DNA from: Calditrichia bacterium | GTDB lineage: Bacteria > Calditrichota > Calditrichia > JAJRVZ01 | NCBI GenBank assembly: GCA_963796965.1 | Contig: CAWCNS010000005.1 | Coordinates: 224,001 to 288,000 of the forward strand | DNA: 64,000 bases | Reading direction: 5' to 3' | Shown: positions 30,620 to 40,502 of the stretch, piece by piece | Layout: each line of letters begins with the position of its first letter | How positions within the stretch are numbered: position 1 is the first letter of the stretch | Program-made: the position numbers and the translations under genes | The notes under the pieces: model-generated | What the model was told of the DNA's origin: nothing | Seen by the model: only the letters and a program-made list of their open reading frames with translations | Databases searched by the model: none

Positions 30620-32605
30620 TTGTATTTGATTAATCGATTTTTCTATATCTTCGCTTCGATGTTTCTTCTCACAAATCTTTTAATTGCACAGGATCTTCCG
30701 ATAGAGAAAAGACGTAGTCAAGAAGAAAAAAAAAGGGCAGCCCTGGAAAAAAGAGCTGCTGCTGAAAAAGATACAAGTAGAACCCGAACTCCGGAAGCTG
30801 ATGCCGAGCTCGAGGAGGCATCTCCCGATTCCTCAGATAAAATACCGGTTGAATCGAATCTCTATTGGTATGATTTGGAGGAACGACTATCGGAAAAATC
30901 TGATACCAGTCGTTTTAAGATTTATGAAGCTCAGAATGAAAAGGATCTCATTTATAAAGACATGAGTGATATCCTTCAGAATCAGCCTCTTTGGATTGAT
31001 TTTAATCTTGCCGAGACAGGTCGTCCTTCATATCTGACAAATATAAATCTATACCCTCACCAAACATCCTTCTATTACAACCGCATCTATATGAATGATG
31101 CACTTCAGGGCATGTTTAATTCCCAATTTATCCCCCTAAATTTTATACAGTCTACTGAACTTGATCAGGTAAGGGGTAATCGACGTAATTTTGGTATGGG
31201 GATGGGGAATACGCTAGATGTAACATCAAATTCTGAGCAATTCCAGGAGCCCTGGACAAGAATTGTCTACAAACAGGGTAGTTATGGATACAGCGATCTC
31301 GATATAAGTTTTTCAGTGCCATTTACCAGTACATTTGCTATGCAACTGGGTGGGTTAAATCGCTTTTTTGATGGTTCGATTCCCGATTCCGATTTTAAAG
31401 CAGAAAATTATCGGGGTGAATTTACCTGGCAATATTCAAAATCTCTCTATATTCGCACTCAAATATTTTTGAATAGAAGTAAAGTAGGCCTGGCGTCCTT
31501 TGATCCTAATCAAACATTTGCCACACCCCGTAATATTGAACATCGTGATGATGTATTTATTGATGGTACCTGGATCATTGATGATAGTACACGTCAACGG
31601 TTTCATTTTTTACTCTATCATTCTTTCTATGAACGGAGGTTCAAAGATAGTTTTACAGAATTTACATTTGTTAACAAGAGTATGAGATATGGGATTGACC
31701 TCAACTACAATTTATTCCTTGGTGGAGGGGAATTGTTAGTGGGAGCAGGTTTTGTTAATCCTGAGGTTTATGGTGATACATTTAATGAAAAATCTACCAT
31801 TCCATCTTTCAATACCTATGGCAATTTCAATCTACCCTTGAATAAAAATATATCATTCAGGGCAGCACTTCAGGCTAGTTTTGTAAAAGATTTTGATCCC
31901 CAGTTTATTCCGGGAGTTGGATTGGATTTTATTTTCTCCAAGGAACATTTTGCTTCGTTTGATATTACCATTGGGACCAGAAATCCAAATGTGACGGAAC
32001 GGTTCTGGGCTTTAGATTCCCTCAAAGGAAATCCTGATCTTGAGCCGGAAAAATATCTGACCTTCTCTACCCGCTATCGCTATCGCCCGTCCGATGCATG
32101 GCAAATTGGAATTGATTTGGGGTACCAGAGAATCGAAAAGGAAATTATCTGGAGTGAACCGCAGTTTCTGAATGGTGAAAACAGGGATTTTGCTTTTTTG
32201 GCCGCAGATGGACAGGTAAAATTATGGAAATTTACCTTCGGTCTGGGTGGACAGTATACCATGAGTGATTTTAATCTTACACCCGAACAAAGTGCCTGGG
32301 GTAATCTGCATTTCCATGAAAGTTTTCTTAAGGGTGCTTTAATCTTCGATGCTTATGGGATGATCAATTATGAAGGTAGTCATCATAATATTCTCTATCA
32401 GGTACTCTTGGATCGATTCTATTCAAATACGGGTTTAACTGATTCATTTTATACCTTTAACTGGAAACTGGCAGCGACGATACAGACGATCCAGATCTTT
32501 TTTGAAATGGATAATACGCTATCAACAGACTATCAAATTGTTTTTGGTTATATAAATTATTTGCGCTTTCTTCGCTTCGGAATAAACTGGATTCTATGGG
32601 ATTAG
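30620..32605 (+). CDS. Outer-membrane beta-barrel, TonB-dependent-receptor-like / putative porin
   Basis: Signal peptide (LIA-Q), plug-like segment, alternating aromatic beta strands, GNPDLEPEK motif, C-terminal RFGINWILWD. Confidence 0.75.
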   Translation: MYLINRFFYIFASMFLLTNLLIAQDLPIEKRRSQEEKKRAALEKRAAAEKDTSRTRTPEADAELEEASPDSSDKIPVESNLYWYDLEERLSEKSDTSRFKIYEAQNEKDLIYKDMSDILQNQPLWIDFNLAETGRPSYLTNINLYPHQTSFYYNRIYMNDALQGMFNSQFIPLNFIQSTELDQVRGNRRNFGMGMGNTLDVTSNSEQFQEPWTRIVYKQGSYGYSDLDISFSVPFTSTFAMQLGGLNRFFDGSIPDSDFKAENYRGEFTWQYSKSLYIRTQIFLNRSKVGLASFDPNQTFATPRNIEHRDDVFIDGTWIIDDSTRQRFHFLLYHSFYERRFKDSFTEFTFVNKSMRYGIDLNYNLFLGGGELLVGAGFVNPEVYGDTFNEKSTIPSFNTYGNFNLPLNKNISFRAALQASFVKDFDPQFIPGVGLDFIFSKEHFASFDITIGTRNPNVTERFWALDSLKGNPDLEPEKYLTFSTRYRYRPSDAWQIGIDLGYQRIEKEIIWSEPQFLNGENRDFAFLAADGQVKLWKFTFGLGGQYTMSDFNLTPEQSAWGNLHFHESFLKGALIFDAYGMINYEGSHHNILYQVLLDRFYSNTGLTDSFYTFNWKLAATIQTIQIFFEMDNTLSTDYQIVFGYINYLRFLRFGINWILWD

Positions 32606-32669
32606 TCCTATACGACAGTTAAACTGATGATAGAAAGTAAATTCTAAAACTTCTCATCATTGATTAATT

Positions 32670-33047
32670 ATGTTAAAAATCTTATTTGTAGGTATTGGAG
32701 GATTTATTGGCTCAATTGCAAGATATTGGGCCAGCGGTCTGGTTCATCGGATTTTAGATAAACCCTGGTTCCCTCTCGGTACGTTAGTTGTAAATGTCCT
32801 CGGTTGTCTGCTCATAGGAGTCCTGGGAGGATTAGTCGAGAAACGTCAACTATTTAGTCCCGAATTCAGATTATTTATCTTTATTGGGTTTCTGGGCGGA
32901 TTTACTACTTTTTCAACTTTTGGATTTGAAATTATTACCTTTGCCCGTAATGGTGAACTAGTTAGTGCTTTAACTAATCTTGTTTTGCATATTGTTCTGG
33001 GCATTGGCGCCGTTTGGTTAGGATTTTCTCTTTCAAAAATGTTATAG
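32670..33047 (+). CDS. crcB: Fluoride channel Fluc/CrcB
   Basis: GGFIGSIARY, FPLGTLVVNVLGC, GFLGGFTTFSTF. Confidence 0.96.
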   Translation: MLKILFVGIGGFIGSIARYWASGLVHRILDKPWFPLGTLVVNVLGCLLIGVLGGLVEKRQLFSPEFRLFIFIGFLGGFTTFSTFGFEIITFARNGELVSALTNLVLHIVLGIGAVWLGFSLSKML

Positions 33048-33071
33048 CTCTAAGTTTAATGAATAATTATT

Positions 33072-33208
33072 TCTCACGCAGCGCCGCGCCGCCGCAACGA
33101 TTTATTTTTTTTGTCATCCTGAAAGGATCTTTCTCCATGTAGATTCTGATAGCTCACTTAGGAAGATTCCTATCCCGAGACGCGATCCCGTTCCGGGACG
33201 GAATGACA
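33072..33208. repeat. REP-like composite (TCTCACGCA.. half element plus GTCATCCTGA...GGAATGAC element)
   Basis: Shares TCTCACGCA with the 22774 arm and GTCAT/ATGAC ends with the 19232 and 15305 hairpins. Confidence 0.55.
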
Positions 33209-33254
33209 TGATATATAAGTTATGTGTACAAAAAAAGTATTAGGAGCATTCAAA

Positions 33255-33590
33255 ATGTTACCAGAAGAAGGGCATTTGCTAAGAATCTTTATCGGTGAGA
33301 ATGATAAGTTTGAGGGAAAACCACTCTACGAATGGATTATTCAGCGGGCCAAAGAAAATAGCCTGGCCGGTGCAACTGTCATCCGTGGGGTAGAAGGATA
33401 TGGAGCATCCAGTCGCATACACACCTCAAAAATTCTCCGCCTTTCTGATGATATGCCTATAATAATCGAAATTGTGGATGTTCTGGAAAAAATTGAAAGA
33501 TTCATCCCTTTGATCGATGGTGCCATAAGAGAAGGTTTGGCGACAGTGGAGAAGGTAGAAATTCGATTTTACCGAAGTGGAAAAGTGTAA
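33255..33590 (+). CDS. DUF190 (PII-like) protein, a common crcB partner
   Basis: LLRIFIGEND..GKPLYEWI..AGATVIRGVEGYG..LSDDMPIIIEIVD; RBS AGGAG. Confidence 0.92.
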   Translation: MLPEEGHLLRIFIGENDKFEGKPLYEWIIQRAKENSLAGATVIRGVEGYGASSRIHTSKILRLSDDMPIIIEIVDVLEKIERFIPLIDGAIREGLATVEKVEIRFYRSGKV

Positions 33591-33603
33591 AGGAACCAGA
33601 GGT

Positions 33604-33996
33604 ATGAGAATTCGAAGAGATGGGTTTCTCTTACCGGTTATCTTGGTTTTATTATTAGTGTTGGGATTTGCATGTAGTGATAATGGAGAGCATAAGCAAA
33701 ATAAAAAAGATGCCGATACCATAAATCAGATTGAAGGATTATTTGTCTACTGGGCTGATGCTGCGATTATCACAAATTGCATCAATGGAGAAAAATTGCC
33801 AGTTGCAATGGAAAAAGATTATATCTATTTAGAAAAAGCATATTTAGAAAAACGAAAATCAGAAGGACAGGTGCTATTAGTTAGATTTGAAGGTCATGAA
33901 GCCCAGAGGCCGGCGATTGAGGGTGATAATACAGAAAGAGTTGTTATTGTAGATAAATTTATAGAGGTGATGTCTGATACTATTTGCGTTAATTAG
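33604..33996 (+). CDS. Lipoprotein with an NlpE C-terminal OB-like domain
   Basis: Lipobox GFAC; GLFVYWADAAIITNCINGEKLPVAMEKDYIYLEKAYL. Confidence 0.75.
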   Translation: MRIRRDGFLLPVILVLLLVLGFACSDNGEHKQNKKDADTINQIEGLFVYWADAAIITNCINGEKLPVAMEKDYIYLEKAYLEKRKSEGQVLLVRFEGHEAQRPAIEGDNTERVVIVDKFIEVMSDTICVN

Positions 33997-34020
33997 AGAC
34001 GCAGTATACCTGCGTCTCTA
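33994..34020. terminator. Perfect 11-bp hairpin between convergent genes (REP-like; probable terminator)
   Basis: TAGAGACGCAG-TATAC-CTGCGTCTCTA. Confidence 0.7.
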
Positions 34021-34033
34021 TGTGGATTTATAT

Positions 34034-34576
34034 TTAGATTTCTGAATTTTCTGAATTGTAGATGACGACAGAATGTGCTACGAAAGAGTAAGGCATATCA
34101 GGATCAATTTGCTTTTCATTCATCTCATCGCTGTCCTTTTCCTCGGAATGCCCGGATGTTTCTTCACCACCATGTTCATGCCCTTCATGTCCACCCTCGT
34201 TCTGTGAACTGGCCTCCTCCATAACATGTTTGTCCGCTTCTGTGGTAAAGATGCCTTGTATGGTTACTTTTGCCGTAGCGGCATCTTTGGGAACAAAAAA
34301 ACCATAATCTTTAAAACGAACAATTAATTCTTTCTCCCCATCACTCATCTTAATCCAACATCCTTTATGTTGGCAAACCTGTTTTATTTCACCATCAATC
34401 CGTATTTCTTTACCCTCATATTTTTCCGGACTTGCATAGATATCTGCAATGGTTACGGCGTTCTCCATGGTAACCTTTCCACCAAAAGTTTGTGCCATAT
34501 CCATCTCATTCTTTGTTTGACAAGCGATCAGCAAAATGCCTGTCAAAAGCATAACTATAAATCTTAAAAGATTCAT
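34034..34576 (-). CDS. DUF4920-like lipoprotein with a His/Glu-rich insert
   Basis: Lipobox LIAC; VCQHKGCWI..VRFKDYGFFVPKD; GHEGHEHGG stretch. Confidence 0.85.
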   Translation of the reverse strand: MNLLRFIVMLLTGILLIACQTKNEMDMAQTFGGKVTMENAVTIADIYASPEKYEGKEIRIDGEIKQVCQHKGCWIKMSDGEKELIVRFKDYGFFVPKDAATAKVTIQGIFTTEADKHVMEEASSQNEGGHEGHEHGGEETSGHSEEKDSDEMNEKQIDPDMPYSFVAHSVVIYNSENSEI

Positions 34577-34652
34577 CTAATCCCTCCCTTTTCTATTTCA
34601 TACATAATAGGGTTGTTCACAAAATAAAATTCAATCAATTAGCAGCTGGCCG

Positions 34653-36482
34653 CTAAAATTTAAGTAAATCTTTTACTTTATTTTCTATATTCTTTTTTTC
34701 TTTTTCATAGACATTCTCGATTTCTTTTTTCTTGGACTCAGCACGATCCAATTCACCATCCAACATTTTTTCATATTTGCCGATCTCACTATTTAATCCG
34801 CTTTCTTTTGATGAAACCAACAGATTTAGTTCCTGTTTATGTTTATCAACTTCCTGGTCTACGCGTGCCCGTATCTCAGTTTTAGCTTTATTAAACTCGT
34901 CACTTACAATTGCACCCATTTTTTTTGTGAGTACATCATCGAGATTTGAGCGGATTGAAAATTTTATATTGTCCGATTCACCTCGAACTTTTGCCATAAC
35001 GTCAACAGAATTAATGCTCTTAAGAATGGATTGCATCATCTCTTCTAATTTATTTTGTTCCTTTGTAGCATTTAAGAATTCAAAACGTAATTGATCTCCT
35101 GTAAAAGATATTTCACCATCAATTTTATTCCCCTTCAAATCAAGATTTGTAATTAGGGCACCTCGACCCTTGGATAATTTATTTGGTAGAATTGATGAAT
35201 CAGATAGTTTATAGTCCGCTAAAGTAAAGCCACTATAATTTAGCTTAAATGATTCTGCCGGATCCGTTTCCAGGTAATTGAGAATACCATCAAGTGTAAG
35301 CGCAATTCCTTCGTTATTTTTACCGCCAATCGAAATCTCCGTAGCATTTCCAATTAACCTCTGATCAGAGACGACATCTTTTACAAGACCTTCCCAGGCA
35401 ATTTTGCTTTCTGTCAATCCCGAAATATTCATCTTTTTGATCCAAAAATCCGGCCGGGCATTTTTATTGTAAAAGTAGATGTCCTGACCCTTTAACCTGG
35501 GGGGTGATTCTTTCTCAGGTTGATCTGATTTATCACTTTTTGTGTACTTTCGGGCGAGCGTCACATAGCCCAGATAATTATTAAACATATCAACAACCCG
35601 GCGTCCAAAAATGAGTTTTCCAATGTTTTGAGCATTTATTTCCGGGATTTTCGCCAGAGACAATGCCCTTGCATAATCATTTTGAATCCATTCATCTACC
35701 ATACCAAGTTGGGTTTGAATGTTCTGTAAGTCGTTGGTGAGGTTTCCGCTGATCTGATCAAACTCTTTTTTATTAGATTTAAGGGTTGAATATATTTGGT
35801 CGACTTTGCCCGTAGCTTCCAGTATCTGATCCGCTGTCTTTAATTTGTTTACATCAATGGATTTTATTTGTTCTTCAACTTTTTTTAAATCATCTTCAAT
35901 CTTTAGATTCTTTAATTTATTTTCCCAGGCAGAATATTTTGTGTCCACCTCTTTGGACAGGTTGTTCATTTTCTCAATTGATTGAATATCAAGTATCTTT
36001 AAAATGCTATCGACATTTGCCTTGTTCTTAACTGCGGCAAGTTGCGGTGCGATTAATGATGATACTTCCTTTTCCAGATATTGGGCGGTATTTTTTGCGA
36101 AACCTGGTTGCGCGGCCAGTTCTTCTTTTGACAATCTACCATCTTCCTCGCGGTCTGTATTGGTTTGGATGTTTGTTACAGCAAACGATTCAACGATAAA
36201 TTTATCAGTTAGAAGAGGTAGGAACTCAAAATCAAGTTCACATTTTCCTGTCTCTAACCTATTTTTCATGGCTATTCTGGGATTTGCTACCTGTAGTCGA
36301 TCCCAGCGGATAAACAGATCTTTAAGGGAAACCTCAAGATTGTCAATCTCGACCTTTGCCCCATTCGCTAATGTCGCCACCGATTCAATTTCTCGCTCCA
36401 CTACATCATCAATAAAGAAAATACCTATGATCACGATGAGAGCGATAAAAACAACTAAAAAAATGAGACCCTTCCAGCGCAC
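34653..36482 (-). CDS. TIGR03545-family protein
   Basis: MRWKGLI.., GAKVEI, LQVANP, PPRLKGQDIYF, PDFWIKK, SNLDDVL; paired with the TIGR03546-like gene. Confidence 0.8.
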   Translation of the reverse strand: MRWKGLIFLVVFIALIVIIGIFFIDDVVEREIESVATLANGAKVEIDNLEVSLKDLFIRWDRLQVANPRIAMKNRLETGKCELDFEFLPLLTDKFIVESFAVTNIQTNTDREEDGRLSKEELAAQPGFAKNTAQYLEKEVSSLIAPQLAAVKNKANVDSILKILDIQSIEKMNNLSKEVDTKYSAWENKLKNLKIEDDLKKVEEQIKSIDVNKLKTADQILEATGKVDQIYSTLKSNKKEFDQISGNLTNDLQNIQTQLGMVDEWIQNDYARALSLAKIPEINAQNIGKLIFGRRVVDMFNNYLGYVTLARKYTKSDKSDQPEKESPPRLKGQDIYFYNKNARPDFWIKKMNISGLTESKIAWEGLVKDVVSDQRLIGNATEISIGGKNNEGIALTLDGILNYLETDPAESFKLNYSGFTLADYKLSDSSILPNKLSKGRGALITNLDLKGNKIDGEISFTGDQLRFEFLNATKEQNKLEEMMQSILKSINSVDVMAKVRGESDNIKFSIRSNLDDVLTKKMGAIVSDEFNKAKTEIRARVDQEVDKHKQELNLLVSSKESGLNSEIGKYEKMLDGELDRAESKKKEIENVYEKEKKNIENKVKDLLKF

Positions 36483-36485
36483 TTT

Positions 36486-37010
36486 TTATTCTCCTAATTT
36501 TCGAATTTGTTCATAGAAGGTGTAAATTTTTGATCCTTTTACCATTTTGACAATTTTCCATTTTTGCATTTTGGAGTCGATATTTTCACGATAATAAATC
36601 ACACCACTTTTAACCATAAAATATACGGGTAGACAGAGTACTATCGATACGGCAAGGCTTCCCATTACGACGGTATTATTATACTTACTTAAAGCAATGA
36701 TAGGAATATTGTAAAGGGTGGTCCATAAATCTTTTAGAAAAGTCAGGTCGACCAGAATAAAAAAGCCCAATTCATGAAATATGGGATCCAGCAAAAATCC
36801 GATTCCACTAAATATGATCCATGCAAATATGGCCGTGGCGATATTCACATTAAGAATAATAATTAGAAATATTAGGATTATATTATGTAAGGTCCAAAAT
36901 GGGGTTAGTCCAATTATCATACCCATGATAAATCCGGCAGCTATTTGATTTGGAGAGGCAGCTGAGCGGAGAATTTTTATTAACTTTGCCAGGAATTCAA
37001 GTCCGAACAT
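36486..37010 (-). CDS. TIGR03546-family membrane protein
   Basis: SPNQIAAGFIMGMIIGLTP, LDPIFHELG, YNNTVVMGSL. Confidence 0.82.
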   Translation of the reverse strand: MFGLEFLAKLIKILRSAASPNQIAAGFIMGMIIGLTPFWTLHNIILIFLIIILNVNIATAIFAWIIFSGIGFLLDPIFHELGFFILVDLTFLKDLWTTLYNIPIIALSKYNNTVVMGSLAVSIVLCLPVYFMVKSGVIYYRENIDSKMQKWKIVKMVKGSKIYTFYEQIRKLGE

Positions 37011-37081
37011 TACACGTCCCTTAAATTTAAGTCTGTTTCATATGAATTTATAAAATATTTTCTTCATATTTGATCCTAAAT

Positions 37082-38605
37082 TTACTTATTTATCCGCTTA
37101 ATTACTAATCTGTCATAAAGGTAAATTAACAATGCCGTGAGAAGTGCAAGAACAGTAAATATGATCCACATGATGTCCGGTCTCTGCATATCACGTGCAA
37201 AAGCAGCATATAGTTGACCGGATAAAATTCCACCGAACAGATTGCCAAGGGCCACACACCAATAAAAATAGCCCATGTATAAGGCTACTTTTGTTGGGGG
37301 AGCAATTTTGCCTGTATACTCTTTCTGTTTGGGGCTGGCCATCATTTCGCCAAATGAAAAAACAACAATTCCTAACACGACGATCCAACCTACGGTTCCA
37401 AATATGAGAATAAAGAAACTGGCAACTGTTATAACCGTACCCCAAAATATCGTTGTAAAGGGCTTTAGCCGCGTTACAAGAAATGAAATCAGAACCTGAA
37501 AGATTATTATTGCACCGGCATTGATATTAATAATATACTCAGGATTCATTTGACCGGTTGTCACCATTGAATCAACAAATCCTTGAACGAGAGAAGAAAG
37601 TCCGAGAAATTCTAATAGTGAAACGGATGCCTGCATAAGATCCGCGGTGTTAACAAAATCTCTTATATAAACTGGGAGGGTATAATAGATCTGATTAAAG
37701 GAGGTCCAGAATCCGGACATAAGTAGTAGGAATAATCCAAAACGCCAGTCACCCAATTTCATTGGTTGGAGATACCAGGATGATCTTTGATTTACTGGAT
37801 TTCGCCTAAGAAAAATGTCAAAGAGGAGGTTTAAACCAATCCACAAAAAAACACCAATGGTGATATCTGTCCATGTTACAAATCCCGTGGAAGTATACTT
37901 TGATCCTAAAACGAGAATAAAAAGTAATCCAAAGACCATGAGGAAAAATCGTCCATTACCTAAAACCTCTACCATATCCTTCATTACTTGTCTTAATGAT
38001 CGGGGATTGCTGGATCCACTCTCTGAGGTCGGTTCTTTGTAAAAAAAAGATACCAGAATAATATTAACAGATACCCAGCAGGCTGAGGCAATAAACACAT
38101 AATTCCAATCCCAACCACGTACGATACCGGCAACAATAGGACCGATAAAGCCACCGATATTTACCATCATATAAAAGATACCGAAACCAATCGAAGAAGT
38201 TCTTTCATTGGTGGTTTTGGTCACCGTACCGATAATCACGGGTTTAAACATGCCGGCGCCTAATGCCACCAGCATGAAAGCAAGAAAAAATGTGGGAAAT
38301 GTCTTAAATTGGCCAAGCATGTAATATGCGGGGGTGAGCACAATAAAAGCCGCTAAGAGCATTTTTTTAAATCCATACCGATCGGCAAGGGCTCCGGATA
38401 CAACGGGGAAGAGATAGAGAAAAAAAGTGACCACACCCTGGAGAATACCACGATCCTCGTCAGAGAATCCAAGTCCCCCTTCAGAGACAGCGCCGGTAAT
38501 GTAAAGGGAGGAGACCGCAAAAAAACCATACCAGGCCATACGTTCGAATATTTCCATCGTATTGGCAATCCAAAAAGTACGTGGAAAATCTTTTAATCTG
38601 GACAT
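37082..38605 (-). CDS. MFS transporter, POT/peptide-transporter-like
   Basis: EIFERMAWYG (ExxER motif), GALADRYG, GFGIFYMMVNIGG, FSFGEM. Confidence 0.9.
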   Translation of the reverse strand: MSRLKDFPRTFWIANTMEIFERMAWYGFFAVSSLYITGAVSEGGLGFSDEDRGILQGVVTFFLYLFPVVSGALADRYGFKKMLLAAFIVLTPAYYMLGQFKTFPTFFLAFMLVALGAGMFKPVIIGTVTKTTNERTSSIGFGIFYMMVNIGGFIGPIVAGIVRGWDWNYVFIASACWVSVNIILVSFFYKEPTSESGSSNPRSLRQVMKDMVEVLGNGRFFLMVFGLLFILVLGSKYTSTGFVTWTDITIGVFLWIGLNLLFDIFLRRNPVNQRSSWYLQPMKLGDWRFGLFLLLMSGFWTSFNQIYYTLPVYIRDFVNTADLMQASVSLLEFLGLSSLVQGFVDSMVTTGQMNPEYIININAGAIIIFQVLISFLVTRLKPFTTIFWGTVITVASFFILIFGTVGWIVVLGIVVFSFGEMMASPKQKEYTGKIAPPTKVALYMGYFYWCVALGNLFGGILSGQLYAAFARDMQRPDIMWIIFTVLALLTALLIYLYDRLVIKRINK

Positions 38606-38928
38606 TTGTTTTCCTAATTTCAGGTTTTCTATTTAACCTTTTGTCAGTAGATTTATTTCATTAAATAGCAAGAACGGGTTACGCGAGACAAGATTTTAGA
38701 AAACGATAGTTCGATCTGTTGATAAAATTTATTTTGCGAAAATAAGAAGAGGGAGCACGTGTTGCAAATGTTTGTTAAGAGTGGCAGTGGGGCGGTAAAG
38801 AAATTATCACAAAAAAAATTCGTTATATATTTCGATGAATTTATATATTGAATGGAAATTATATGTTGACAGGTTTAAAATAATTGCCACTTATCCATGG
38901 CAATTAAATTTGCATGGAGGAAAATGAA

Positions 38929-39336
38929 ATGGAAATAAACTACCTGGCAGTAATTGTTGCAGCACTTTTGTATTATGCCGGAGGAGCGCTCTGGTATTCA
39001 CCAGTTCTTTTTGGTAAAAGATGGATGGGTTTGGTTGGATTAACTGAGGAAAAAATGAAGGAATCTCAAAAAGATGCCTGGAAATCCTATGTAACGGCTC
39101 TTGTGGCGGCACTTTTTATCAGTTATGGTATTGCCCGGATTGAAAACTATATGAATGTGATCACATTTGCCGGTGGACTACATACGGGATTTTGGGCCTG
39201 GTTATGTTTTGTGGTAACAACCATGGCCACAAATAATGCTTTTGCTGGAAGACCGATCAAACTTTTATTGATAGACAGCGGGTATCATCTTTATGGGTTT
39301 CTGGTTATGGGGGTTGTTTTAGCCGTTTGGAAATAG
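38929..39336 (+). CDS. DUF1761-family membrane protein
   Basis: INYLAVIVAA..GALWYSPVLFGKRWM..LLLIDSGYHL; RBS GGAGG. Confidence 0.88.
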   Translation: MEINYLAVIVAALLYYAGGALWYSPVLFGKRWMGLVGLTEEKMKESQKDAWKSYVTALVAALFISYGIARIENYMNVITFAGGLHTGFWAWLCFVVTTMATNNAFAGRPIKLLLIDSGYHLYGFLVMGVVLAVWK

Positions 39337-39375
39337 GAAAAGCAAACTTTGTATCAATTAGAGGTGGGGAGAGAA

Positions 39376-39528
39376 CTACCAGCCAGATAGATGGGATTCA
39401 AAATCATCGATGATTTTATAAAGATCGACAGTACTTAACATCAAAAATACTTTTAATAGATCAATAACGATGCGTTGATCCTCAGGGGTCATTTGCTTAA
39501 ATAATTCTAATATCTCTTCTCTCTCCAT
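39376..39528 (-). CDS. Small hypothetical protein (50 aa), not in the ORF track
   Basis: RBS GGAGG; MEREEILELFKQMTPEDQRIVIDLLKSIFDVKYCRSYKIIDDFESHLSGW*; resembles the upstream ORF. Confidence 0.65.
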   Translation of the reverse strand: MEREEILELFKQMTPEDQRIVIDLLKVFLMLSTVDLYKIIDDFESHLSGW

Positions 39529-39607
39529 TCATTCCTCCAGATCAAGAGCGAGATCACCTTAAAAAGGCGATGCATTCAGACAGGTAATTATGTATCTATG
39601 CCCGGAA

Positions 39608-39820
39608 TCAGCTATTAATGCCATAAGTTTTTTTTATGTCATCAATCTCATTAAGATGATTTTCAAAATCATTGACAAATTTCACAAAATCATCTTTGCT
39701 CATGGTTTCGATTATCTTAATAATATCTTTTAATAATTTTAAAAAGTGTTTTTTGTCCTCATCAGACTCCTGAGAAAGATACATTGCTACGATCTTTTGG
39801 GCAATCTCTTTTTCTTTCAT
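39608..39820 (-). CDS. Small hypothetical protein (70 aa)
   Basis: RBS GGAG before ATG at 39820; MKEKEIAQKIVAM..EDKKHFLKLLKDII..FVNDFENHL. Confidence 0.65.
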   Translation of the reverse strand: MKEKEIAQKIVAMYLSQESDEDKKHFLKLLKDIIKIIETMSKDDFVKFVNDFENHLNEIDDIKKTYGINS

Positions 39821-40502
39821 CACTCCAACCTGAATTTTTTTCATAAAAACATGCAAAGCCGCTATGGAAAAAAAGTAATAAATATGACCAGGGAAAATAA
39901 GTTTATCCTCTAAGTTAGATACCCGTCTCACTTTATTAAAATATATTACAAATACCCGGATTAGCGAGAATAATAAATTATCAGATAAAACTATTTATAC
40001 TTAATTCTGCAACGATAATACTAGAGTAAAATATTTAGAGGTAATGATGACTAGGAAATCAATAATCACCTCCTGCTCATGCGGAATTTTGCTCCTAATT
40101 CTATTAAGTATTCTACTGACTGCGTTTATTCTAAACTCATTTTTAACTTACCTTGTAGGGATCTTTACGATTGTTTAATCACAATTGATAGAGAAACATC
40201 TTAAATTAGATGTTTTGTTACCCGGGTAATTAGTTTAAAAGATCTCTTACATTGTAATCGACCCTACATCATTTTGAGGGATGGGTGTGTAATCTTTATT
40301 GAATTTACGCCAAGCCTCACAACCCACCTCATCATATCCGCTGGACCAGTGGACAGGGGATATATCTTTATCTGTAGAATACCCATCGCTTGTCTTCGAG
40401 CACGTAGGTTTGGATAATTAAAGAGAATATAACAAATGAGACTTTAAAAGAGAATACAATTTTTATCGCAGCGTTATTTTTCTGTCTTCAGGTAGCCTGA
40501 TA

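Noticed and set aside
32606..32669. Fluoride riboswitch upstream of crcB
   Set aside because: Only CTGATGA resembles the motif; the 5' GATGG stem and pseudoknot are not evident in the 64-nt gap.
38898..38914. Sigma-54 promoter-like TGGCA..TTGCA
   Set aside because: GG-GC spacing is 11 rather than 10 nt, it abuts the RBS, and it is part of an AATTGCCA/TGGCAATT dyad.
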